A DNA stretch of 35,779 nt from an uncultured Gammaproteobacteria bacterium (GTDB lineage Bacteria > Patescibacteriota > Microgenomatia > UBA12405). The stretch lies in NCBI GenBank assembly GCA_964557475.1, contig CAZLAG010000001.1:7575-43353 (forward strand). Reading direction: 5' to 3'. The translations under genes and the position numbers were made by a program. Every line of letters starts with the position of its first letter. The first letter of the stretch is position 1. The notes under the pieces are model-generated. The model was not told where the DNA came from. It ran no database searches and was given only the letters and a program-made list of their open reading frames with translations. Shown here one piece after another: positions 8,847 to 17,666 of this stretch.

Positions 8847-10778
8847 ATGGATAATATTATTAATACAGTTCAGACATCAACCGTTAAACCAGTAAAAAGA
8901 AATAAGAGTAGAAAAATTGTTACTGTTTTATCAATAATCTTAATTATTATTACCATTTTGTTTTCCGTTTTCTTTTTTACTGTATTTGTTCCTGCTAAAA
9001 AAATACTTAATCAAGTAAATGCAATTAAAGGCGAATATCAAATCATTCAACAATCCGTTAGTGATAAAGATATTATAAAAATCAAAGAAAGTTTAACTAA
9101 TATTAAAACCGATACCAAAAAAATTGAACTAACTTACAAAAAAATGGGATTATTAAATATAATTCCAGGCGTCAGAAAATATTATCAAGATGGTCAAAAA
9201 GTTATTAATATTGCCAACGAAGGGATTACTTCAGTTGAAATAGTCATTCAAGCAATAGAGCCATATCAAGATTTTCTTGGTATTAAAGGCAGTTCAGAAA
9301 GTAGCGAAAAAACCACCGAAGATAGAATTGCTTTTTTAACTCAATCAGCCGAAGGACTTATTCCATATCTAGATGAATTAGAAATAAAAATTACCAATAT
9401 TGAAAACGAACTTAATCAAATTAATCCCAATCGTTATCCTGAGAAATTTAAAAATATTGAAATAAGATCAAAAATTTCTAAAGCTCAAGAAACTGTTACT
9501 CAAGTCAATGATTTAGTTAAAAATGGTAAACCTTTACTTTCTAAAATTTCTTGGTTACTTGGAAAAGACAGTCCTAGACATTATCTGATGGTTTTTCAAA
9601 ATGATGGAGAACTTCGACCAAGTGGTGGTTTTTGGACTGCTTATAGCACTATGACTGTTTCTAATGGTAAAGTCACTCCCGGCACAGCTAGTAATATTTA
9701 CGATTTAGATGATCGTCTTAAAAGTACTACCAAAGCTCCAAGATTAATTTCCTCATACCATATAAATGTTCCTTATCTTTATCTTCGTGACGCTAACTTA
9801 TCACCAGATTTTCCTACTGATGCTCAAATCTTTTTGGAAAGTTATATAAAAGCAATGAAACCAAAAGAAAGTTTTGATGCTGTTATCGCTATTGACACTC
9901 AATTATTAGCCGATATGGTTAAGGTTTTGGGTAAATTAGATACCAGAGTTGGAACATTTACCGCCGAACCTGACAATCGATGTAATGGTTGTCCTTCTAT
10001 AATATACGAAATTGAATGGATGGCTGGTCGTCCTCGTGATTATATCGAACTCAATCGAAAAGATTTCTTAAATCCATTAATGTCAGCTTTATTAGCCAAC
10101 GTTATGGGATCAGAAAAATCAAAAATGACGAGTCTTATAGAAGCTTTCTTTAAAAACGTTAACCAAAAACATGTTTTGGCTTATTTTACCGATAAAGAAA
10201 TGCAGACAGTTGGTAATTCTGCCAATATTACTGGACAAATCACTCAAACAGCCGAAACAATAGATTATCTCCATTTAAATGATGCCAATTTTGCTGCTGC
10301 CAAAAGTAATATGTTTGTTACTCAAAAAATTGATCACGATATTACTATCAAAAATGGTATTGCTGACCACAAGGTTTCAGTAACTTATACTAATCCTTTT
10401 GCTGCTTCAAATTGTAATCTTGAGAAAGGTGATTTGTGTCTTAATGCTTCAAAATATCGAGATTTATTCAGATTTTATGTACCTACTGGTTCAACCTTAA
10501 CTAAAATGACAGGATCTGAAGTTGAAACAGTTCAATACGAAGAATTAGGTAAACAAGTATTTGAAGGTTTTTATGGAGACAAATATCCTTTATATCCAAA
10601 ATCCAGTAGTAAAGTTACAATTCAATATAAATCTGGCGTTAAAATAGGTTCAAACTATACTTTGTATCTTCAAAAACAACCTGGTACTAAAGCTGTAGAA
10701 TACAATCTAACAATTAATGGTAAAAAAATGGATACTTTTAGCTGGGCTGCCGATAAAACCATCAAAGTATCTCTCTAA
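8847..10778 (+). CDS. DUF4012 domain membrane-anchored protein
   Basis: N-terminal TM helix (IVTVLSIILIIITILFSVFFFTVFV). The motif PRHYLMVFQNDGELRPSGGFWTAYSTMTVSNGKV is typical of DUF4012. Confidence 0.8.
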   Translation: MDNIINTVQTSTVKPVKRNKSRKIVTVLSIILIIITILFSVFFFTVFVPAKKILNQVNAIKGEYQIIQQSVSDKDIIKIKESLTNIKTDTKKIELTYKKMGLLNIIPGVRKYYQDGQKVINIANEGITSVEIVIQAIEPYQDFLGIKGSSESSEKTTEDRIAFLTQSAEGLIPYLDELEIKITNIENELNQINPNRYPEKFKNIEIRSKISKAQETVTQVNDLVKNGKPLLSKISWLLGKDSPRHYLMVFQNDGELRPSGGFWTAYSTMTVSNGKVTPGTASNIYDLDDRLKSTTKAPRLISSYHINVPYLYLRDANLSPDFPTDAQIFLESYIKAMKPKESFDAVIAIDTQLLADMVKVLGKLDTRVGTFTAEPDNRCNGCPSIIYEIEWMAGRPRDYIELNRKDFLNPLMSALLANVMGSEKSKMTSLIEAFFKNVNQKHVLAYFTDKEMQTVGNSANITGQITQTAETIDYLHLNDANFAAAKSNMFVTQKIDHDITIKNGIADHKVSVTYTNPFAASNCNLEKGDLCLNASKYRDLFRFYVPTGSTLTKMTGSEVETVQYEELGKQVFEGFYGDKYPLYPKSSSKVTIQYKSGVKIGSNYTLYLQKQPGTKAVEYNLTINGKKMDTFSWAADKTIKVSL

Positions 10779-11338
10779 TGGATAAATATAAAACTACTGA
10801 GGCTATTGTTATAAATCATCGCAATTTAAAAGAAGTTGATAGTTTAATTACTTTATTAACTCCTAGGGACGGAAAAATAATTGCTCTAGCCAAAGGTGCA
10901 AAAAATATAAAAAGTAGTCGACTAGGTAGTCTTCAACTTGGAAATATTACCAAAGTTCATCTATATCAAAAAAATGATTTTATTTGGATTTCTGAAGCTC
11001 AAACAATTAGCCAATTTCTTCAAACAGATAAAAGTTTAACTCAATTAAATTTATTATTTTATTTTTTAGAAATAATCAATCAATTTATTGCTGAAAATCA
11101 ACAAATAGAGGGGATTTATACTATTTCCAAAAATATTATTGAATCGATAAACAAAAACCAAGTCAATCGATATATCGATAATGAAATAAAACTTTTGGAT
11201 AATTTAGGTTTTGGTACTCCTCCAGAAATTATTGCTTCATTTGCCAAAAAAGATTATCCAGTCACTCAAAAACTTATCAAAAAATTTTTTGAAAGTATTA
11301 TCGAAAAACCTCTAGAAAGTAATAAGCTATTTAAATAG
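10778..11338 (+). CDS. recO: DNA repair protein RecO (short form)
   Basis: N-terminal OB-fold pattern: TEAIVINHRNLKEVDSLITLLTPRDGKIIALAKGAKNIKSSRLGSLQLGN. TAATG overlap with the upstream gene. At 186 aa it is shorter than typical RecO. Confidence 0.75.
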   Translation: MDKYKTTEAIVINHRNLKEVDSLITLLTPRDGKIIALAKGAKNIKSSRLGSLQLGNITKVHLYQKNDFIWISEAQTISQFLQTDKSLTQLNLLFYFLEIINQFIAENQQIEGIYTISKNIIESINKNQVNRYIDNEIKLLDNLGFGTPPEIIASFAKKDYPVTQKLIKKFFESIIEKPLESNKLFK

Positions 11339-11343
11339 TTTAA

Positions 11344-11370
11344 TTGACAGTTTTAATAAAACGATATAAA
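11344..11370 (+). promoter_or_regulatory. Candidate sigma70-type promoter for the glyQS leader
   Basis: Perfect -35 TTGACA at 11344-11349. -10 candidates are TATAAA (11365-11370, 15-nt spacer) or TAAACT (11367-11372, 17-nt spacer). In AT-rich DNA, -10-like hexamers are common by chance. Confidence 0.35.
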
Positions 11371-11389
11371 CTTCAACATCAACAATGAC

Positions 11390-11528
11390 CAAAGGTGGCA
11401 CTTTGTGAGTTGGTAAACAAGTAAATTAAGTGAATAGATTAATTGGATTACATAATCTATTAAATAGGGTGGAACCGTCCCGATTAATCGGGATCCCTAA
11501 AAATTATTATTAATTTTTAAGGATACAA
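11390..11528 (+). promoter_or_regulatory. Glycine T-box riboswitch leader, apparently translational (SD-sequestering)
   Basis: T-box core AAATAGGGTGGAACCG at 11462-11477, compared with the consensus AAnnAGGGUGGUACCGCG. A perfect 8-bp stem-III-like hairpin ATAGATTA/TAATCTAT (11434-11441 / 11453-11460) sits just upstream. GGC-A lies in the loop of hairpin CAAAG-GTGGCA-CTTTG (11390-11405). Helix TAGGG/CCCTA (11465-69 / 11495-99) flanks a UGGA bulge. A mutually exclusive hairpin, 11493-11505 / 11512-11524, buries the SD AAGGA (11519-11523). The downstream gene is glycyl-tRNA synthetase. Confidence 0.7.
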
Positions 11529-12848
11529 ATGTCAGATAATCAAAATGATCTTGTAAGTAAAATTGTCAGTCTCTGTAAACGCAGAGGAATTATTTTTCAA
11601 AATTCTGAAATCTATGGCGGTGTTCAAGGATTTTACGATTATGGTCCAGTTGGTTCTCTGATGAAAAAAAATTGGAAAGATCTTTGGATTCACGACAATG
11701 TTACATCTCGACAAGATGTTGTTATGATTGATGGGTCTATTATCACTCATCCTCGAGTTTGGGAAGCTTCAGGTCATGTAAAGAATTTTGCCGATGTCAT
11801 GGTTGAATGTAAATCATGTCATAAACGTTTTCGACCAGATTTACTTGACGATCCTTCAAAGTGTCCAGAATGTGGCGGACAATTTACCGAAGGTCGTAAA
11901 TACAATATTTTGTTTGAAACTGAAATCGGAGTTATTGAAGGCGAAAAACTTCATGCCTATTTGCGAGGAGAAGCTTGTCAAACTATATATCTAGATTTTA
12001 AAAACATTGTCGATTCATGTCGAGTTAAAATACCATTTGGTATTGCTCAAATTGGAAAAGCTTTTAGAAACGAAATCACTCCAAAAAACTTCCTTTATCG
12101 CACTCGAGAATTTGAACAATGGGATATTCAATATTTTGTTCATCCAAATGAAATGGATAAATGGTTTGAATATTGGAAAGAAACTCGTATCAATTGGTAT
12201 AAATCACTTTTCAATAATGCTGAAAATCTTCGTTTTAGACAACACGCCCCTGATGAGTTAGCGTTTTATGCTAAAAAAGCTTTTGATATTGAATATAACG
12301 CTCCATGGGGATGGGCCGAAATGGAAGGTATTCATTGGCGTTCAGATTATGATTTAAGTCAACATTCCAAATTTAGTGGTCAAGATTTATTTTATATTGA
12401 TCCAGTCACACACGAAAAATATCTTCCATGGATAACTGAAACTTCTGGAGGAGTTGATCGTAGTTTCTTTTTTATGCTTCTTGATGCTTACCAGGAAGAA
12501 AAAACTGAAAGTGGTGATATTCGAACTGTTTTAAAAGTTAATCCAAAAGTTTCTGCCTATAAAATGGCTATTTTTCCACTTGCTGCCAATAAACCAGAAC
12601 TTATTGATAAAGCTGAAAATCTTTTTAAACAGCTAAATCAAAAATATTCTATTGATTGGGATGATAGTAGTAATATTGGTAAAAAATATCGTCGTCAAGA
12701 CGAAATAGGAACTCCATGGTGTGCCGTTGTTGATTACCAAACTCTTGAAGATAATACTGTTTCAATTCGTGATCGCGATACTATGAAACAAATCCGTCTT
12801 CCAATTGATGAAATTGACACTTGGATAGAAAAGCAGTTAAATAAGTAA
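11529..12848 (+). CDS. glyQS: Glycyl-tRNA synthetase, dimeric (alpha2) class II type
   Basis: Motifs: KRRGIIFQNSEIYGGVQGFYDYGPVGSLMKKN, the Cys-rich insertion CKSCHKRFRPD...CPECGG, FRNEITPKNFLYRTREFEQ, and the C-terminal anticodon-binding region GKKYRRQDEIGTPW. Confidence 0.95.
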   Translation: MSDNQNDLVSKIVSLCKRRGIIFQNSEIYGGVQGFYDYGPVGSLMKKNWKDLWIHDNVTSRQDVVMIDGSIITHPRVWEASGHVKNFADVMVECKSCHKRFRPDLLDDPSKCPECGGQFTEGRKYNILFETEIGVIEGEKLHAYLRGEACQTIYLDFKNIVDSCRVKIPFGIAQIGKAFRNEITPKNFLYRTREFEQWDIQYFVHPNEMDKWFEYWKETRINWYKSLFNNAENLRFRQHAPDELAFYAKKAFDIEYNAPWGWAEMEGIHWRSDYDLSQHSKFSGQDLFYIDPVTHEKYLPWITETSGGVDRSFFFMLLDAYQEEKTESGDIRTVLKVNPKVSAYKMAIFPLAANKPELIDKAENLFKQLNQKYSIDWDDSSNIGKKYRRQDEIGTPWCAVVDYQTLEDNTVSIRDRDTMKQIRLPIDEIDTWIEKQLNK

Positions 12849-13573
12849 TGACTATGAAAAATAAAACTCCAATCTATTTTATTATTGGTGCATTAGTACT
12901 AGTTATTATCACTATTATTATAGTAATTACTGGTAAAGGTAAAAAAACTACTACTAGTACTGAAAATATCCCAAGTAATGACAAATCAAATAGTGAGCTA
13001 GTTTTGACAGACGATCAAAAACCTTATATTAGCTTGATCCCTCAAAGTGATGGTCATAGATTGGATTTAAAAATTTCCAATATTCCCAGTTCTATTAGCG
13101 AAATAGAATATGATTTAATTTACACCGCCAAAGATGAAAATATAGAAATTGAAAAAGGTGTTGGTGGCACTGCAAAAATTGAAGGTACTTCAATTGAAAG
13201 AGAATTACTTTTAGGTACTGAAAGTTGTACTAGTGGTTGTAAGTATAAATACGATGAAGGGATCACTGGTGGTACTCTAAGCCTTAGTTTTATTACCGCC
13301 AATGGTCAGTCTGCTTCTTATGAAGCTCCGTTTGTTTTTTCAACATCTGCTAATATAAAAACAACTGGTGGTTTGAAACTTGAAACGGAAGATTTTTCCA
13401 TTAAAACTACTGTTTCTTCAAAAAGTGATTACTTTATCTTAATCAAAAATTTCAAACCAGTTTACTCAGTTTTTTCTAATGGTAACGGTAGTGGTAAAGT
13501 ATCTTCAATCACCCCATCAACTGTTACAAAAAAAGACATGTCTGTCATAACTGGAGATTACTCAATCAATTAA
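12848..13573 (+). CDS. Hypothetical membrane-anchored (N-terminal TM) extracytoplasmic protein
   Basis: N-terminal helix IYFIIGALVLVIITIIIVIT followed by a Ser/Thr-rich segment. I recognise no family motif. Coupled by TAATG overlaps to glyQS upstream and rsmH downstream. It occupies the position usually held by mraZ. Confidence 0.55.
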   Translation: MTMKNKTPIYFIIGALVLVIITIIIVITGKGKKTTTSTENIPSNDKSNSELVLTDDQKPYISLIPQSDGHRLDLKISNIPSSISEIEYDLIYTAKDENIEIEKGVGGTAKIEGTSIERELLLGTESCTSGCKYKYDEGITGGTLSLSFITANGQSASYEAPFVFSTSANIKTTGGLKLETEDFSIKTTVSSKSDYFILIKNFKPVYSVFSNGNGSGKVSSITPSTVTKKDMSVITGDYSIN

Positions 13574-14457
13574 TGGACTATCATCAACCAGTTCTTTTAG
13601 AAGAAGTAATTTCTACTTTAGGGATCAAATCTGATTCAATTATTGTTGATGCTACTTTGGGTAACGGAGGTCACACCTTAGAACTTCTTAAAAATGGAGC
13701 TATTGTTTATGGTATTGACCAAGACCAAAATAATTTAGAAATATCGACAAAAAGAATTAAAGAAGCTGGTTTGTCAGAAAAATTTACCCCCATATTGTCA
13801 AATTTTAATCAACTTGAAAATATTGTTAATACAAAAGTAAATCAAAAAATTGATGGATTATTAGTTGATTTAGGATTAAGTAAAAATCAACAAATTTCTA
13901 CCAATAGGGGATTTTCATTTAATGATGAAGAGTCTCTTGATATGCGAATTAATCAAAATTCTAATGATCCAACTGCAAAAGATATAATTAATATTGGTTC
14001 AGCAGAAGAGTTATATCAAATTTTTTCCAAAAATAGTCAAGAAATATATAGCCAAGCTCTTATTTCTAAAATAATTTCTGAAAGACAAAAAAAACCAATT
14101 ACTGATGCTAAAAGATTAGCCGATATTATTAGGGGTTTTTATTTAGAAAATAAAATTAGAACTAAAACAGATCCTAGTACTAAAATATTTTTAGCTTTAA
14201 AAATTGCCGTCAATCAAGAATTCAATAATTTAAAACAAATTCTTTCCCAAAGTTTAAAAAGTATAAAATCAAATGGAATAGCTTGTTTTATTAGTTTTCA
14301 TTCGGGAGAAGACAGAATTATTAAACAATTTATTCAACAAAATATTTTAGAAAAAAATATTTATCAAGCTAACAAACCTATTCATCCTTCATTTAAAGAA
14401 GTCAAAAAAAATCCTTTATCTCGCTCAGCTATCTTAAGATCGTATAAAATAGTTTAA
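13573..14457 (+). CDS. rsmH: 16S rRNA (cytosine1402-N4)-methyltransferase RsmH (MraW)
   Basis: Motifs: HQPVLLEEV, VDATLGNGGHT, DLGLSKNQ, RGFSF, ISFHSGEDRIIK and NPLSRSAILR. Confidence 0.92.
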   Translation: MDYHQPVLLEEVISTLGIKSDSIIVDATLGNGGHTLELLKNGAIVYGIDQDQNNLEISTKRIKEAGLSEKFTPILSNFNQLENIVNTKVNQKIDGLLVDLGLSKNQQISTNRGFSFNDEESLDMRINQNSNDPTAKDIINIGSAEELYQIFSKNSQEIYSQALISKIISERQKKPITDAKRLADIIRGFYLENKIRTKTDPSTKIFLALKIAVNQEFNNLKQILSQSLKSIKSNGIACFISFHSGEDRIIKQFIQQNILEKNIYQANKPIHPSFKEVKKNPLSRSAILRSYKIV

Positions 14458-14708
14458 TGCCAAAACACTTTACCTACATTTTAATTTTAATTATCACAAT
14501 TCAGATTGTATTTTCATTTTTTTATTCAAGTGAAATTTTAAACCAAAATGGTCAACTTTATCAAAATCAACTTGAGTATCAAAATCTTAAAATAGAAAAT
14601 CAAAGTTTAGAAAAAAAATTTACTGACTTAACTTCTATTAATCAACTTAACATCCAACAACAAAAACAATCTTTAATTTATATTGATCAAAAAATAAATC
14701 TAAAATGA
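14457..14708 (+). CDS. ftsL: FtsL-like small bitopic division protein
   Basis: 83 aa with one N-terminal TM helix (FTYILILIITIQIVFSFFY) followed by a coiled-coil-like segment. It sits between rsmH and ftsI, as ftsL does in dcw clusters. Confidence 0.6.
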   Translation: MPKHFTYILILIITIQIVFSFFYSSEILNQNGQLYQNQLEYQNLKIENQSLEKKFTDLTSINQLNIQQQKQSLIYIDQKINLK

Positions 14709-16324
14709 ATAATTCTCGATATAAAACAATTTCATTAGCTCTAAGTCTATGTTTTGTTTTTATCATTTGTCGTTTTTTTTATATTCAAGTAATTAAAGGA
14801 TCTGAGTTAAGAGAAAAAGCATTAACTCAAACATATAAGCTTGAAAAAACTATTCCTAGTCGTGGAAAAATATTCTCTTCAGATAAATTTCCTTTAGCTA
14901 TTAATATTACTAATTATAAACTTTCAATATACAAACCAAATTTAGACCAAGATTTAACTCAAATATTTAACATCGTAAACCAAATTCACCCTCAATTTAA
15001 CCAAGAAAACAATAAATTAATTGATTTATTTAAAAATAATTCCAATCAAAAATGGTTGACTTTTAACAGTCTTTTTAATGAAGATGAAAAAAAACAACTC
15101 AATTTACCAGGTCTTATTTTTGAAAAATATGAAAGAAGATATTATCCAGAACAATCAATGGCTCAATCAATTTTAGGATTAGTAGCCAAAAATGATCAAG
15201 GATATGATATTGGTTATGGTGGACTTGAAGGTTATTATCAAAAACAATTAAAAGGAAAAACGGGATTTACATGGTCACCGCAAGACGCCACCGGCAAAGC
15301 TATTCTTACTAAAAAATCATGGAGTTCTATTGCTATAGATGGACAAGATTTGTACACCACTTTAAATCGTAGTGTTCAATTTCAAGTCGAATCAGAATTA
15401 AAAAATGGAGTTGAAAAATATGATGCTGATTCCGGATCTATTACAGTTTTAGACAGTAAAACTGGTGGAATTTTAGCTATGAGCACATTTACAGCAACGA
15501 ATTCTGCCACTCCAAGCGCTACCAAAATAAATTCCATATCAGACCTTTTTGAACCAGGGTCAATTTTTAAACCATTAATTGTCACTATGGCACTTGACAG
15601 TAAATCAATTTCTTCAGAATACATTTGTGATAAATGTGATAAACCCCTAACCATAGGTCAATATACAATCACAAATCACGATAACGCTACTCATCCTAAT
15701 TCAACATTAAGAGACATTATAAAAAACTCTGACAACATCGGTATGAGCCATATTATTGCCAAACTTGGATTAGAAAAATTCTTAGATTATTTTCAAAAAC
15801 TTGGTTTAAATCAAAAAACTGGTATAGATTTACAAGGAGAATCTAGGCCAAGTGTTAAAAAAGATTGGCCAGACATAGATTTGGCTACAGCTTCTTTTGG
15901 TCAGGGAATTGTTGTCACTCAAACTGGTATGATTCAAGCATTTAATACCATTGCTAATGATGGAATGCTAGTTAAGCCACATTTATTAATAAGTAAAAAT
16001 AATAATCCCAAAAAAGTTTTTGATTCAGAAGCTATTAAAGAAATTAAATCAATTTTAAAATATTCCGTTGAAAATGGTGTTGTTTCAACAATGAAACCAA
16101 AAAATTTAGAAGTTTGTGCCAAAAGTGGTACTGCCCAAATTGCTATTAAAGGCGGTTATACTGATTCTTCTACAATTGCTTCATATATTGGATTTTCACC
16201 ATGTGAGAATCCTAAATTTACCATGATTGTAACTATTAACAATCCTAAAAGTTCACCCTGGGGTTCTAGTACTGCTGCTCCTATTTGGTTCGAGCTAGCT
16301 TCAAAAATTGATCATTTGCTATAA
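14705..16324 (+). CDS. ftsI: Class B penicillin-binding protein (FtsI/PBP2-type transpeptidase)
   Basis: N-terminal TM helix and FYIQVIKG. Active-site motifs SxxK (GSIFKP), SxN (KNSDNIG) and K(T/S)G (AKSGTA). Confidence 0.9.
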   Translation: MNNSRYKTISLALSLCFVFIICRFFYIQVIKGSELREKALTQTYKLEKTIPSRGKIFSSDKFPLAINITNYKLSIYKPNLDQDLTQIFNIVNQIHPQFNQENNKLIDLFKNNSNQKWLTFNSLFNEDEKKQLNLPGLIFEKYERRYYPEQSMAQSILGLVAKNDQGYDIGYGGLEGYYQKQLKGKTGFTWSPQDATGKAILTKKSWSSIAIDGQDLYTTLNRSVQFQVESELKNGVEKYDADSGSITVLDSKTGGILAMSTFTATNSATPSATKINSISDLFEPGSIFKPLIVTMALDSKSISSEYICDKCDKPLTIGQYTITNHDNATHPNSTLRDIIKNSDNIGMSHIIAKLGLEKFLDYFQKLGLNQKTGIDLQGESRPSVKKDWPDIDLATASFGQGIVVTQTGMIQAFNTIANDGMLVKPHLLISKNNNPKKVFDSEAIKEIKSILKYSVENGVVSTMKPKNLEVCAKSGTAQIAIKGGYTDSSTIASYIGFSPCENPKFTMIVTINNPKSSPWGSSTAAPIWFELASKIDHLL

Positions 16325-17666
16325 TAAAACAATAAAAATGTCATTAAAATCGATAAATTTTCAAAAAATCAAAAACATCTTTTGGCATTACCCCAAAAAT
16401 TATCTTGTTAGTCTTCGTTATAATTTTCCAGCTAAGAAATTAAAACTCATTGGTATAACCGGAACTGATGGTAAAACTACCACCTGTATTTTAGTTTATG
16501 AGACATTAAAAAAAGCTGGTATAAAAGCTGGAGTTATCACCACCATAGGAGCTAAATATGGTGATAATCAAGAAATTAGTACTGGCCTACACATGACTAG
16601 TCCAGACCCAGAATTATTTCAACAAATACTTAGTCAAATGCTAGCTGCAGGAGTAACTCATGTTGTTTGCGAAGTGACTGCTCACGGATTAGACCAATAT
16701 CGATTTTTAGGATGTCACTTTATAACTGCCGCTATTACCAATACTTCACACGAACATTTGGATTATTACCAAAACATGAACGAATATATTAAATCAAAAG
16801 CTAAAATTTTTGATCAATCAGATTTTGCCATTCTCAATAAAGATGATCTTTCATACAACATCATAAAACCATTAGTAAAATCTCCACTCAGTACTTATAG
16901 CATTAATTCAAAATCTAATTATCAAGCTAAAAATATTAAATTAACTGACAAAAAACTAACCTTCGAAGTTAATAATCTTTCAATAGTTACTGATAGTAGT
17001 TATTACTATCAGATCAATAATATTTTAGTTGCTCTAAATATAATTGACAGTTTAAAAGTAAATCAAAAGTTTTTGCTTGATACAATCAAAAACTTTCCAG
17101 AAACTAAAGGTCGTCGAGAAGAAGTGAATAATGATTTTAAGTTCAAAACTATTGTTGATTTTGCTCATACACCCAATGCTTTAGAAAAAACTCTTTCATC
17201 TCTAAAAAAAATTACTAAAGGCAAAATAATTGTTATTTTTGGTGCTACTGGTGGTAGAGATCAGAGTAAACGTCCGGAAATGGGTAAAGTAGTTTCACTT
17301 TTTTCTGATATTGCTGTAATTACTTCCGACGATACTCGCAATGAAGACATCAAACAAATTAATCAACAAATTATAAATGGTATTGATCATAATAGTTCTC
17401 ATTTTTTTGATATTCAAAATATAGAAAATAATAAACAGATTCAAGAAATACTTAAAATTGCAGATAAAAAATTTACTTATTTTAATATTCCCAATCGACA
17501 AGATGCTTTTAACCTAGCTGTAAAATTGGCCCAAACCGATGATGTTGTAATTGCTTGTGGAAAGGGTCATGAAGATACCATTCTTCATGGCAATACTGAA
17601 TATCCTTGGTCAGAAACTGAAGCATTTAGAACTGCCTTAAAACTAAAAAAATATGATCCAGTTTAA
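16308..17666 (+). CDS. murE: MurE-type Mur ligase (UDP-MurNAc-L-Ala-D-Glu:diamino acid ligase) with a shortened N-terminal domain
   Basis: P-loop GITGTDGKTTT. Other MurE-like motifs: CEVTAHGLDQYR, TNTSHEHLDYY, VDFAHTPNALEKTL, FGATGGRDQSKRP and CGKGHED. The start may instead be the ATG at 16338 (MSLKS...), which avoids the overlap with ftsI. Confidence 0.85.
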   Translation: MIICYNKTIKMSLKSINFQKIKNIFWHYPKNYLVSLRYNFPAKKLKLIGITGTDGKTTTCILVYETLKKAGIKAGVITTIGAKYGDNQEISTGLHMTSPDPELFQQILSQMLAAGVTHVVCEVTAHGLDQYRFLGCHFITAAITNTSHEHLDYYQNMNEYIKSKAKIFDQSDFAILNKDDLSYNIIKPLVKSPLSTYSINSKSNYQAKNIKLTDKKLTFEVNNLSIVTDSSYYYQINNILVALNIIDSLKVNQKFLLDTIKNFPETKGRREEVNNDFKFKTIVDFAHTPNALEKTLSSLKKITKGKIIVIFGATGGRDQSKRPEMGKVVSLFSDIAVITSDDTRNEDIKQINQQIINGIDHNSSHFFDIQNIENNKQIQEILKIADKKFTYFNIPNRQDAFNLAVKLAQTDDVVIACGKGHEDTILHGNTEYPWSETEAFRTALKLKKYDPV

